NCBI GenBank assembly: GCA_032718475.1 | Contig: JAUCBJ010008257.1 | Location: forward strand, 1 to 64,000 | Source of the DNA: Nemertoderma westbladi | Lineage: Eukaryota > Animalia > Xenacoelomorpha | Reading direction: 5' to 3' | DNA length: 64,000 bases | Shown here: piece after piece, positions 1-10,927 of the stretch | Layout of the letters: each line of letters starts with the position of its first letter | Numbering within the stretch: position 1 is the first letter of the stretch | The notes under the pieces: model-generated | The model's input: the letters and a program-made list of their open reading frames with translations, nothing else | Database searches by the model: none | Told to the model about the DNA's origin: nothing | Made by a program: the position numbers and the translations under genes

Positions 1-3000
1 CATGTGGCTTACCGGGTTTAGGAACGTAATGGTGGGTTAAGTAATACGTTCTTTCAGTCACAGGTGTTTCTTCCGGTACTCTCTCCGCGTATCCCTTACT
101 AATAAATTTTTCCAGCTGAGTTTGATACATTGCTTTAGCTGAAGAATTAGCTGTAAGGCGTCGATGGAGTTGCGCGATTCTTCTTTCCGCCAGGGGTCTG
201 TTATTGATGAACTTCGGTTCTCTCTTGCGGAAAGGTAGACCGACTTCATACCTACCTTGATCTTTGAGGAAACGTGTAGTTGTCTCTTGGATCTGCTTGG
301 CCCTTTCCTCTTCCACTGACAAGGCTTTATCGTAGGAATTGGGCTCTACCGCCTCTTGCGTAAAGAATCGTACAGCATGTTCATCTCGAGTCTTGGCATT
401 GCAACGCTCAATGACGTCATTTAACTCGTCGTTATAAGCTTCTCGTTCAGATGGATAGAGAAGTTGACATAAGTTAACTTGGTTTTGCCAAGCCTCGTTT
501 TCCTTAAGGAGATCGATGGTATTCTCTTCATCAAAAAGCTGGTGAACGTCGTCGTTATCTGAGGAGTATGGAATTCCCTCAGTTGAATCGTCTCCCTCAC
601 TAGCATCATCTTCCCATTCACTCACCTGGCAGACTCTCTCTTGCGGTAGTCTTTCTCTGAGTGTTCTACGGGAAGGGCCAGTAAAGTACCAACCTACTCT
701 AGTTCTTACCGCATAGGTCTGTAGGGGCTGCGGTTGAGCAGGCCGTTTCTCTAATGTCTCCAGCGCCTCATGCGCGTTTTGGCCGATGAGTATTTGCACT
801 CCAGGATAATCAGTCTGGAATCGAGGTATGTTAAGATGTTGGATGCTCTCATCCTCGTCCCAATTATAAAGGTCTGCTTGAGTAGTAGCGAAGTTCTTTA
901 TAGCCACCATTTTCACTGACCTTATGCTATGTTCTCCTAGTTCGTCCTGGGGGGTGGACAACGCTCCTACATAATAATCCGCTGTGATTGTAGATTTCCA
1001 AACTTGCATAATGCCGGACATGTTGAGCTTAGTTTGGAACTTGGGTTGTCCAGCAAATATATCTTCGGCTAGCTCTTTGTCGATGAATGTTCCTGTACTA
1101 CCGGAGTCAAGGAGGGCGTTCACTACATAACTCCTCTTAGGTCCGTGAACCCTCACTTGCACCACAGGAAACTCTCGGATCCCTACATTGGAAGATGGCT
1201 CTTTCCAAGATGGTTGTCGCTCAGAAGTAGTTAGAGTGAAGTCGTTGTCTGTATCCTTTTCATAGGTGAGCGCTCGATACACTGCGGTATTTATCATGTA
1301 ACAGGATTCGTTTTCGTCGGAGAACTCGTCTGTGTAGAATCCTTCCATCTCAGATTGATCAGTGTCGTTCACATCACTGAATTGGACATGTAGCTCGGAA
1401 TCACTTACCTGATTCGGACTATTTCGCTCGAATTCAGTGTGCAACAAGATGTGATGTTTCGCACCACACTTTGCACACCTTATGTCAGAGAAACAGGTAC
1501 GCCGTTGGTGTCCTTGCCTGAGGCAATTATAACATAACCGCTTATCCCACATGACTTCGCGTCTCTCCGTTAATGACTTCTTCAGGAATTCATCACACAT
1601 ATTCAAACGGTGGGTCCCGTCACACAGCGCACATTTCGGTTTGATGTTACTTACCTTATTTTGAGTCACATTGTGTACACTTGCCTTTTCTTCGGGCTTT
1701 CTCACCGGAATTCTCTTGGGAGACGTGGGAGGAGTTTTTCTTACCTGTTCTCTCCTGTCATTTGCTCGAGACTTGAATTTACTCACCTGATCTTTAGGCA
1801 TTTTATTGACATAATAAGATCTATCAGTGTCTTTCCCGCTATCTTCTCCTTGAGAAGTGTGGCTTTCGCCGTCGTCTGTATAACACACTGGTGTTACCTT
1901 TCTCCTAGAGACGGGTTTTTCACTTACCTTGTTTTCCGGTGTCTTCTCTCTAGACAGTTTCAGGAGCTGTAATTTCACTTCTCCATCTAGGAATGACATG
2001 AGATCAGCCATGGTAGGGTCTCGTCGTTGTTGTTCCATCATATATAGTACTTTCTTATCCCAGCGTGTGCCTACCCCACCTTTCGGTAAAGTAGAAGCCA
2101 CAGCTCCAATGACCATAGAACTTTGGTATTCATGAGACTTACCTAACCAATCTAATTGTCTACAGATCTCTTGAATCTCATCGGAAAACTCTATTATCCC
2201 ACTGCTGATGAACTTTCTGGGCGCTACTAATTTTGCATATAAATACTTAGCGATATTATTCCTATTACCATACCTGATGTTTAGTGTGTCCCAAACTTGT
2301 CTTAATCCGTCTGGATGTCCAATAAACTTTAACGCCATTAACTTTGGAGATCCTTCCAAGCACTCGATGAGGTATCTAAGTTTTTCTCCATTAGATAGTA
2401 CAGAGTTCTGTATGTTATCTTTGTAATATTCATTAAAAGGTAACCATTTCATCTCATCTCCATTGAACTTGACGATCTCTCCCACCTTTACCGCTTGCCG
2501 GGCTTCGGTTCTAGCCATTTGACGCGTAAAACTTTCTTGGGCCATCGTGTTATTTAATATCGAATTATCGGTATATAAATTTCTCGGATTATGATCAGTT
2601 CTATAGGGAATATCATTATCAACAGGTCTATAATTACCCTTAATAGGGTTCACTATAGGAGTTTCTACTTCGCTAGCAGTATATATGCGTGTAGGCTCCA
2701 CACCTTGCGCATGAGATACTTCAGACCTAACAGGTTGACACATTGTTACAGAGGGTGGCGGTATACCCTTTTGAGTATTTACTAATTTATCGCGTTCTAG
2801 CGCGATACTTTGCTGCACTTCTTGCAACTCTAGCCTACTTTCCCTTACTGTGCCCTTGAATTGCTGGACAGTCTCCTGCATCTGCCCGAGCAGGATATCC
2901 ATCCCCCGCCGTCTCTCGTCCACCCATTCGACCGCCGAAGCGGGAGTCGCCAACGTTGTAGCGGGCGGACGAGGGACAACGGGCGACAAATCCTGAATAT

Positions 3001-4912
3001 TTCGCTCGGGGTCCAGGACATGAACTGTCTCCTGGGCAGTTCTACGGGGCACAGGTAGCTTAGTGCTATGCAGAGGGAATTTAGAGGTAGTTTCAGGGAG
3101 CACAGGTGTGTCTATCACCGAAGGGGTGATTTCAAGAACAGGCCTAATTATTTCAGGCTCATCTACTATCGTAGGGAGTCTTTCTATTTTAATTGTTTGG
3201 TCTGTGGGCTCTGTACTACCTAAGTTGGTGTTATTTAGTTGCCTTCTAACAGCTGGAGGCAAATCAGGCAATTTCTGACGGTGGAATGTTCTTTTACGTC
3301 TACTTAGACGAGATCTATTTCCTTTGCCTTCAGTATCGGTGGTATCGCCTTCCTCAGATGATGTATATCCCTGTCTTTTGGGAGTAGATCGATTCATCAT
3401 CTGCATATTACTAGCTGTTAACTGTTTATTTATGCAGTCTTGATTCTCCTGAATGTTTTCCAATTCTAATTGGGTGGTTTCTTCAGTCGCTCTCCGTTCG
3501 GCTTCTGCCACTGCCTCCGCCGCTTTTCTTTCCGCTTCGGCCGCCGCCTCTGCTGCCGCTACTGCCGCTTTTGTCTCTGCCGCTGCCGCTTTTGTTTCTG
3601 CTTTGGCCGCTGCCTTTGCTGCTGCTACTGCCGCTTTTGCCTCTGCCGCTGCCACTGCCGCTGCCGCTTTTGTCTCTGCCGCTGCCGCTTTTGTTTCTGC
3701 TTCTGCAGCTGCCACTGCTGCTGCTACTGCCGCTGCCTTTCTGTCTTCTATACGTTTTTTCTTTACTTGTTCTTCCTGGACTCGTGTGATGCGGAGTTGT
3801 TCATCAAATTTAGCCTGATTCGCAGCCCTCATTTCCACATCGATGGCATCCAACACAAGCTTGGTTCCTTCACTATTAGGGCTAAGTCCCTCTAACCTTC
3901 TCCTCAACTCGTCATCACCTAAAAAACGTTGATAGTCTGACAGATAAATGTCAATGGCATCCCTCTTATGCGGTTTCTCTGCCGTCGCTTCACTTTCCAC
4001 TTGGGAAAAAGTAGCGTCTGTTGATTCTCCATGGGTTGATCGCTCCTCCAGCTGAGCTTTCCACTGAGCTGTTCCTTGAACCTGGAGACTCACCCGTTGA
4101 AACCAAGTCTTTACGGCAACTTGCAACGACGTGTCTTGTCTTCGTTTAGAAGCCTCCTCAAAGGCTGATAAGATTAGCCTGATTCGTAGAATTCTTTCTC
4201 TAACTTGATAAAGCAGCAATCCCTGCTCTTGAGGTCCTTGAGGTTGTTGAAACAGTTGTTCTTTTAATCGCTCTATAGAGCTGAAGAATCCCTGTGCGTA
4301 TCCGGCTGCGGACCTCTTCCACACAGCTGGATCGATGGTTTCCTTGGCTACTCCCATCCGGTGTATGTCTTCCCAGGCAGCTTCTGATAAATCAAACGGG
4401 AGTCCGGGTCCGGGGAAGTTCCATTGCGACTCGACCATGGACTTCAGTTCTTCCCTTGTGTATCCAGCATAACTATCTCTAGTTGAACGCTGGCTTCTCG
4501 CCCAATCGATCTGGTGTTCTTCCACAGCGATCAATAACCTAGTGAGTACGGCTGCAGGAAGGATGAGAAGGGGATCCGAATAAACCACATCCGTCATCCT
4601 TGCTCCACGCTCGGGTGTCAGCTCTACAGTATCCTCACTACTGGAGCTGTTGGGCCGTTGAGAAGTAAGTTCTTGTCTCGCGGGTTGTTGCTGTTCCGCT
4701 GCTTCTTGGTCCCGTTTGACCTGAGCTCGAGTGCCTATGATAGACCTACGATGTTGGACCAGCCTAGGTTCTTTTATTACTACTGGAGGGATGACTTTCC
4801 TCACAGTGGGAGGTGAACTGAACTTACGACTAGAAGGTTCTACACCTCTATCTGAGTCGCAGATAGTTACATCTAATAAACTGTCTGACAGGTTCTGCTT
4901 AGTATCAGACAT
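1..4912 (-). CDS. BEL/Pao Gag-Pol polyprotein (partial, open to window edge)
   Basis: ATG at 4912. The same frame was checked at 2470 (KFNGDEMKWLPF...EKLRYLIECLEG, DUF1759-type gag), at 1120 (NALLDSGSTGTFI aspartic protease) and at 70 (RTYYLTHHYVPKPGKP, BEL RT N-terminus). A triple Cys/His knuckle (CALCDGTH...CYNCLRQGH...CAKCGAKHH) lies near 1450-1640. It is absent from the ORF track, consistent with no stop before position 1. Confidence 0.9.
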   Translation of the reverse strand, partial: MSDTKQNLSDSLLDVTICDSDRGVEPSSRKFSSPPTVRKVIPPVVIKEPRLVQHRRSIIGTRAQVKRDQEAAEQQQPARQELTSQRPNSSSSEDTVELTPERGARMTDVVYSDPLLILPAAVLTRLLIAVEEHQIDWARSQRSTRDSYAGYTREELKSMVESQWNFPGPGLPFDLSEAAWEDIHRMGVAKETIDPAVWKRSAAGYAQGFFSSIERLKEQLFQQPQGPQEQGLLLYQVRERILRIRLILSAFEEASKRRQDTSLQVAVKTWFQRVSLQVQGTAQWKAQLEERSTHGESTDATFSQVESEATAEKPHKRDAIDIYLSDYQRFLGDDELRRRLEGLSPNSEGTKLVLDAIDVEMRAANQAKFDEQLRITRVQEEQVKKKRIEDRKAAAVAAAVAAAEAETKAAAAETKAAAAVAAAEAKAAVAAAKAAAKAETKAAAAETKAAVAAAEAAAEAERKAAEAVAEAERRATEETTQLELENIQENQDCINKQLTASNMQMMNRSTPKRQGYTSSEEGDTTDTEGKGNRSRLSRRKRTFHRQKLPDLPPAVRRQLNNTNLGSTEPTDQTIKIERLPTIVDEPEIIRPVLEITPSVIDTPVLPETTSKFPLHSTKLPVPRRTAQETVHVLDPERNIQDLSPVVPRPPATTLATPASAVEWVDERRRGMDILLGQMQETVQQFKGTVRESRLELQEVQQSIALERDKLVNTQKGIPPPSVTMCQPVRSEVSHAQGVEPTRIYTASEVETPIVNPIKGNYRPVDNDIPYRTDHNPRNLYTDNSILNNTMAQESFTRQMARTEARQAVKVGEIVKFNGDEMKWLPFNEYYKDNIQNSVLSNGEKLRYLIECLEGSPKLMALKFIGHPDGLRQVWDTLNIRYGNRNNIAKYLYAKLVAPRKFISSGIIEFSDEIQEICRQLDWLGKSHEYQSSMVIGAVASTLPKGGVGTRWDKKVLYMMEQQRRDPTMADLMSFLDGEVKLQLLKLSREKTPENKVSEKPVSRRKVTPVCYTDDGESHTSQGEDSGKDTDRSYYVNKMPKDQVSKFKSRANDRREQVRKTPPTSPKRIPVRKPEEKASVHNVTQNKVSNIKPKCALCDGTHRLNMCDEFLKKSLTERREVMWDKRLCYNCLRQGHQRRTCFSDIRCAKCGAKHHILLHTEFERNSPNQVSDSELHVQFSDVNDTDQSEMEGFYTDEFSDENESCYMINTAVYRALTYEKDTDNDFTLTTSERQPSWKEPSSNVGIREFPVVQVRVHGPKRSYVVNALLDSGSTGTFIDKELAEDIFAGQPKFQTKLNMSGIMQVWKSTITADYYVGALSTPQDELGEHSIRSVKMVAIKNFATTQADLYNWDEDESIQHLNIPRFQTDYPGVQILIGQNAHEALETLEKRPAQPQPLQTYAVRTRVGWYFTGPSRRTLRERLPQERVCQVSEWEDDASEGDDSTEGIPYSSDNDDVHQLFDEENTIDLLKENEAWQNQVNLCQLLYPSEREAYNDELNDVIERCNAKTRDEHAVRFFTQEAVEPNSYDKALSVEEERAKQIQETTTRFLKDQGRYEVGLPFRKREPKFINNRPLAERRIAQLHRRLTANSSAKAMYQTQLEKFISKGYAERVPEETPVTERTYYLTHHYVPKPGKPH

Positions 4913-7197
4913 GTTTATGTGTACAGTTGAATGTCTACTGCTGTATTACAGTCTGAGCAAGTCTAGTAACTCAGTATTAACTGCTAGCCTAGTAATTAAT
5001 TACCGGTACTGCTACTCAGTGTAGCGTGATATATAATATATTAGAATACCGGTATGCTTATAGTATATATAACTATTATTACAGACTAGGTTTATCACAG
5101 AATACCGGTATAATTTTAGCACAAATATATAAATATATAATAGGCCTATCGGGAATACCGGTATACAGCTTACAGTTTGTAGTATATATAATTCTGAACT
5201 AGAATTAATTACAAGTACCGGTATAATTTCAGCCTAAATTTATTGAAATAAAGATAATAGGCCTATCGTAAGTACCGGTATATCAATTATTTTAAATAAT
5301 TGAATTTCTGAATTTTAGGGTTACTTGGTTACTTTATTACCGCTATTTGAGTAGTAGACCAACTGATATGGAGACCTAATGGTTGTATGGTAGGCCTACT
5401 ATTTATAAATCGTTAGATTTGATTTATAATATATATATACCCGTTTTAATGGGTTTTGTCAATGTTTGAAATAAATGTTATTATTTCTGGGGAGTAATCA
5501 CTACACAAAGCGGTGCGCTTTCAGTGAAGTGTTACTTATAGGACACTAAAACAAATAATTATAATTTACCTAAGTTACTTAATACTACAAATTACGTACA
5601 ATTCGGGTGAGATTACAATCTCTAAATAAACACAAAAATTTACAAAAAACACAAAATACGAAATTTTTAGGGTAATTTTACAAGAAGTCTACAAACCAGC
5701 CTAACAAAGGGTTAGAATCTGGTTATTACAACGGACAGGGTACTACGGTATTTGAAATAATAAGTAGTAGTAAGTACACTGCGTTGTCCAGATAGGAAAA
5801 TACCACCGCCTGACGACCTATAGCCGTATCGCTACAGGTACTACGTTATGTATCACGGAGTGTTCCCACCTAGAAGTTAATAGAGCTAATCGAAAGTGCC
5901 TATCAACCACTTTACAACACAAATATAATGTCTACACTAATTACTTCGGAAAGTACTGTACACTAAACCCTAAATTAGGTACGAGTACTTGTACAACATA
6001 TAATCAGTAGTTAAATATACTTGAACAGCTAAAAGAACCACGGCATCTGCTGGAGTGACCGATGCACAAAATCACCAGTCTTTACCTACGCCAAGCAGCC
6101 CGTGTAGTACCGGGGTTAATTTAACTATAGCGGTATGTATAACAAACACAATTACTGTAGGAACAAACTTGGGGAATGAATGTTGCGGATAATCGCATAA
6201 ACTCTGAATAATAAATATTACGCTACGCGTACAAACTACTCAAACAAAATGCAGACCGAACACTGACAGACTACCATCAAGCCTAAACAAACTACGGTAT
6301 ATGCAGACTCCGAAATAATTAGGTAGTATGCGTTCTAACCCAGTAGTACGACTTATTCTTTAGTTGGGGGTTTACCTTACAGCATTCGCTGCCCCTACTT
6401 CCTAACCGTTCTTTATCGGACAAGTGATCTACACACGCTGCAATCCGTTCAGACCTAATAACAGCCAGACAACTATCCAGCCTACAAATTATCTAAATAA
6501 AATTATACGCTACCCGTACAGACTTACACAAACAAAGTACAGACTAAACGATGGCAGACTACTCTCAAGCCTAAATAAACTACAGGACATGCAGACTCCG
6601 AAATAATTAGGTAGTATGCGTTCTAACCCAGTAGTACGACTTATTCTTTAATTGGGGGTTTACCTTACAGCGTTCGCTGCCCCTACTTCCTAACCGTTCT
6701 TTATCGGACAGGTGATCTACACACACTGCAATCCGTTCAGACTTAACAGCAATCAGACAACAGCTCAGCCTACAAATTGTCTGTACAATCTGATCAGGCT
6801 TACACGTCTTATGTTCAATACTGGCCTACAAACAAATAAAACTTGACAGAAATAAGTAAAATCTCAATAAAAAACCAGGGCGGCCGTTCCCTGATTAAGT
6901 ACTAAGACCTACCGGTATACAACAATCAAATCGAATAATACTAATGTACTTATACGGGAAGTACCGGTTAGGACAGTTAGGCCTACGGACCTACAGAAGT
7001 ACCGGTTCTGGCAGTTGGACCTACGGGCCTACAGCAGTACCGGTTCTTACAGTTGGGCCTACTGACCTACAGAAGTACCGGTTCAAGTTTACCGGTTGAC
7101 CGGTATTTTCAACTTTATTGCTTACTGCAATAAAGAAGCTATATCCTTTAATGTTCGCGCTTTCAGACCTTTGGCAGTTTAACCCGCCAAATTAAGA

Positions 7198-8400
7198 TGT
7201 CTTCTAGATATTAAATCGCCTTTTAGCCTATGACAAGTATTTGATTCACTACACTAGTCGAAACCAATCTGTGCGCGATCATTCACCCGCTGGATATTCC
7301 CGGGAGATTGGGTTCGACGGCTTAATTTTTATTGCTATGTAAGCCTAATGTATTATTCGACTGACAGTATTATATAATCTCTGACAATATTATTCACCTT
7401 CGGGAATATTAACAGTTCCTTTAGGACGTGGCGCTTTATCTATATAAACAGAGTTATGACTTAAACTACTCACAACGATTTGGCTTAATTATAATTCACA
7501 TATATGGCGCATTCTTTAGGAATTGCTTCTTTAACAGACTCACTCATACACAATGCTGCACAATACTGTACACTAATCTGCCAATCTTCACTGATTTTAG
7601 TCACATATAAAAGGAACACAGACTGACTCATGTAGGGTCTATCAAATAACATTAGATTCACTTCAAACCACTTTAACATAAGTCACAATCGTTATAGGTA
7701 ACCTTTCTCTCTTACCTTCGGTATATCAAGAATATTGGGTTTTCGGGGTTATTTCTCGTTATTCCAATATAATAATTCATCAACCAATATAATGAATAAC
7801 CGACAACAAATAGCAGTATACAGTATTGATTGAGCAGGTAATTTTTAGCAGCAGTTATACGTCAGTGAGACTACTGCAGTTAAAGGATATATGTCCCTAT
7901 AATTAAACCTACTAGTGTTGGGCTAAAAAGCAGAAAACACAAAACACTACAAAGCCGTTCTTTCGTGGCTTTGAAAAACTCGTGACTACTACTCTATACG
8001 AGGATACCAACTACCCTTATTCCACGAAGCTCCCGTTCAACACAGAGAAAGAGCAGTGAGATAGGAAAATTTCAGTTCAGTAGCTCTGTGATAGGTCAAA
8101 ATCAAGGCTAACTCAAATTCTATTGGGAGATACAAAAACAAGGCTATGACGCAACCTTCCTAGGCTGGTTGGCCGATTAAACAGAGCCCAGATACCTGCG
8201 TACAGCAAATCAGCCAATAAGCTGGTAGCTTGCGCTATTCGAGTTATAGATCCCCTTTTAGAGTATTCAGCGACTGGGGGGGAACTGGTTAGCAAGGCAA
8301 ACGAATCAGTTATCCCACAAAAGCTTTTACACACACGCACCCACCTCATTACTTTCCTACCCACTCACACAGTCACACCCACCACCTATATAAATAACTA
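7198..8400 (-). repeat. Putative 5' LTR of the BEL element
   Basis: On the minus strand it ends ...GAAGACA and is followed after 8 nt by TGGCGGGTT (candidate PBS). AATAAA lies upstream, and the same arrangement occurs at 55117-55135 in copy 2. The outer end is not fixed. Confidence 0.45.
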
Positions 8401-8471
8401 ACTAAAATATACCCACCACTAATATAAATATACTGTACTTCTACTGTAGTCAGTCAGTAGGTATAAGTGGT

Positions 8472-8699
8472 AAGTAGATGTGTCATTAAGACGTGTTCAA
8501 TACGTCATTTTAGGTAATTATATATCCACCATGTATAAGTCTCATACAGGAACGTGTCAACAAGACGTGTTCAAGACGTAATTTTACATAATTACTATCA
8601 ACCATCAAAACTTTGAGTTCTTGCAACAAACATAATTGACGTAAAATGACGTCCACATACCTGTTGAGGTGTAAAAATAGACGTCAAATGCTTATAGGG
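8472..8699. mobile_element. One end of an EnSpm-like non-autonomous DNA transposon, probably interrupted by the BEL element
   Basis: Terminus TGCTTATAGGG (compare TGTTTGCAGGG at 50985-50995) and repeated subterminal AGACGTGTTCAA/ACGTC motifs. Confidence 0.4.
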
Positions 8700-8890
8700 C
8701 ATTTGCTAGATCATCCGCATCTTCAAGGCCAGTGTCCTTTAAGTTACGTCTCAAGAAAGTCATGGGCTGTCCACCATGCTTATTCACTCCATGCAGCCAT
8801 GAGGCTGCCAAAGTACAAGATTATGCACTGGCTGGTCCTCACGGCGAAAGCAATGTCCTGCAAAGCGGAGGCGATTTTGTTCTAGAAATA
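8700..8890 (-). mobile_element. RTE-clade LINE 3' fragment
   Basis: Near-identical to the reverse complement of about 42670-42850 (RLRFAGHCFRREDQPVHNLVLWQP). Confidence 0.85.
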
Positions 8891-9889
8891 AATACATTTC
8901 CGTCGACAAATAAATTATTCAAATAAATTATTTTTCGTCTACCAGGCGACCTATAAATAATTATAGGGCGACTAATAAGTAGCTAAAGGAACAGAAAAAA
9001 AGTAATATACGCCCATATGTAGGATTTCACTTTTCGGTCGACTTTTTATTGGACTGTTGGAATTTCATATATGAAGATTTCTTATTTTTTTTAATTTATC
9101 TTTATTATATTAAGTGTTTTATTGCGCTTATGTATGTCTTATAACCTGGACAAATACTAATTCATTTATTGTTTTGGTTAGATTCAGCCCTTCTGTAACC
9201 TCTGTTTTTGGTGAAAACCTGGTATACTTCACATGGGGCCATGGGGGTAACTGAAAAGTGAAATATATCAGCAGAAAGTCTGGTATCCTTCACATGGGCC
9301 GTAATATAATTGTCATAATTCAACCTACGTATGGTATGTTCCTTTCTAGGCGGATATTACAGTATTATCAGATTATAATTTATTATTATCACTTGAAGAA
9401 TTAAAAGTTGTAACTAAAAGTTGTTTAAAAAAGCGAAAGCCCCAAGGAAGGGCGGCTACGGGTGGGTGGGATAACTTGATCATCCTATATTTAGTTATTT
9501 CTTAATTAGTTATTTCTTATTTACCTATTTGTAATAATTGTGTTTTGTTTTATTTCACTTTATTATATTAAATTTTTTGCCAATTAATGAAAAGTTGTAA
9601 AGGCGGGAAATTTAAACGCCCTGTCTTTTGTGGCAGACGTGCAGTGTGCCCTACCGCCGGCCTACCAACCTGCTGGCTGACAGTGGACAGAGATGGGACG
9701 GGTACGTCTTGTACGTCTGTACATTCAGTGTTTTCCGTTTTCGGTTTTACTGTTTCATGGTAGGCGTAGGCCTATGATTGGTAGGCTATTTAATATTTGA
9801 TAATTATTTATATGCTGCTACAGCCTGACAGCTACCGGCAACCGGTACTGCACTGCTATATTACTACTGTACTAACGGCAGAACGGCCA

Positions 9890-10117
9890 AGGACTACTAT
9901 TTTACTATACTATGTACTACAGGCAGACCTGCAGACAGTGGACAGGACTGGCAGACTGGCATACCGTTCTGCCTTCAGCCCTTTCATCCGACTTCGCTAA
10001 GCGAAGTCGGATCGGGAAGTACACAGTATGCTAAGCAGGCTAGTCTGCCAGTCCTGTCTGTAGTATACTGCAGTACTGCCAGACTGCTGTACTGGTATAG
10101 TAGCAGAGTAGTCCCTG
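9890..10117. repeat. Imperfect foldback / MITE-like palindrome
   Basis: Central perfect hairpin ATCCGACTTCGCT-A-AGCGAAGTCGGAT. Outer arms ACAGGACTGGCAGACT / AGTCTGCCAGTCCTGT and GGACTACT / AGTAGTCC. Confidence 0.6.
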
Positions 10118-10487
10118 CTAAACAGCTAAAGGTTTATCTGAACAGTGTTACTTTGTTAGTTGCTCATTATTATTTTACAATTCAGACAGTAGCGTCTGAA
10201 CGTAGAACAGAAATCGTTCCAGCGGCCAGCGGGCATAAACGCTACCCGGCTGTACGGCTACGCTACGCCTACCGGTATCGCCGACACGACAACCACAGCC
10301 AGCAACCATTAAAACATGATTGCTTAGGTTTACTAAGTGCTAAGTCTGTAAGTAGGCCTACTGACAACTGAAGTATTAACGCTAATAATGATTAATTGTG
10401 GAAAGGGAAATGAGTAGGATCTAGGATGCAGATTCATATTTCTGTATTTGTCGGCTACGTTACTAGGTTTAGGTCCCATCCCACCTT

Positions 10488-10790
10488 GGTGTAGCCGTAG
10501 TGGTTGCTTTGAATTCACAACTCTCGTAGGTCGTGGGTTCGATCCTCGCATGGCTGTATGCCAGGGCAGTTTGCAGTTTTAGTTTCGGCACCTATGCTTT
10601 GAACGTACTACAGTACTAGCCAGCTGGCCAGGGCGCATCTCTGCCTTGCATCCTACAGTCCTAAGCGGTAGCTAAATGAGTACTGGAGTTTCCTCTGGGG
10701 AGTGTAGTTCTGGGGGGACCGCACTGGAAATAAGTCGTCAGAATTTGTGCGTAATCCCTGGCCTAGCGGCCGAATAAAATTTAATTTTTT
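10488..10790 (+). mobile_element. tRNA-derived SINE (A/B box head, Nin/Deu-like core, LINE-like tail)
   Basis: A box TAGCCGTAGTGG, B box GGTTCGATCC, core CTCTGCCTTGCATCC...GGTAGCTAAATGAGTAC, tail GCACTGGAAATAAGTC...ATCCCTGG...AATAAA. Confidence 0.7.
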
Positions 10791-10927
10791 TGTGGCTGTG
10801 GTTATGCTCGTGTGTACCTGTAATGTTTACACCCGCTCCAGGCTCTGCTGCTCTACCTCTAATTGGTTTGGGATTGTTGAATTAGGAATTGATTCGGAAT
10901 TAGGGTACCGGTTGTGAATTCTGAGCC

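Larger units (their letters stand above)
1..8400 (-). mobile_element. BEL/Pao LTR retrotransposon, 5' half (LTR, long leader, gag-PR-start of RT); continues past left edge
   Basis: Minus-strand polyprotein with BEL/Pao motifs (see CDS). Positions 2780-7917 are homologous, in inverted orientation, to 54344-58653. The outer LTR boundary is uncertain (about 8376-8470). Confidence 0.9.

Noticed and set aside
1610-5024. Many short plus-strand ORFs, including Ala-, Cys- and Leu/Pro-rich ones
   Set aside because: Antisense shadows of the BEL polyprotein and its coiled-coil repeat.
7428-7679. ORFs MLKWFEVN... / MALYLYKQ... conserved at 54637-54888
   Set aside because: Conservation only reflects near-identical LTR copies; both strands are equally conserved and no protein motif is evident.
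10488-10560. tRNA gene
   Set aside because: A/B boxes are present but there is no convincing acceptor stem, and it continues into a SINE body.
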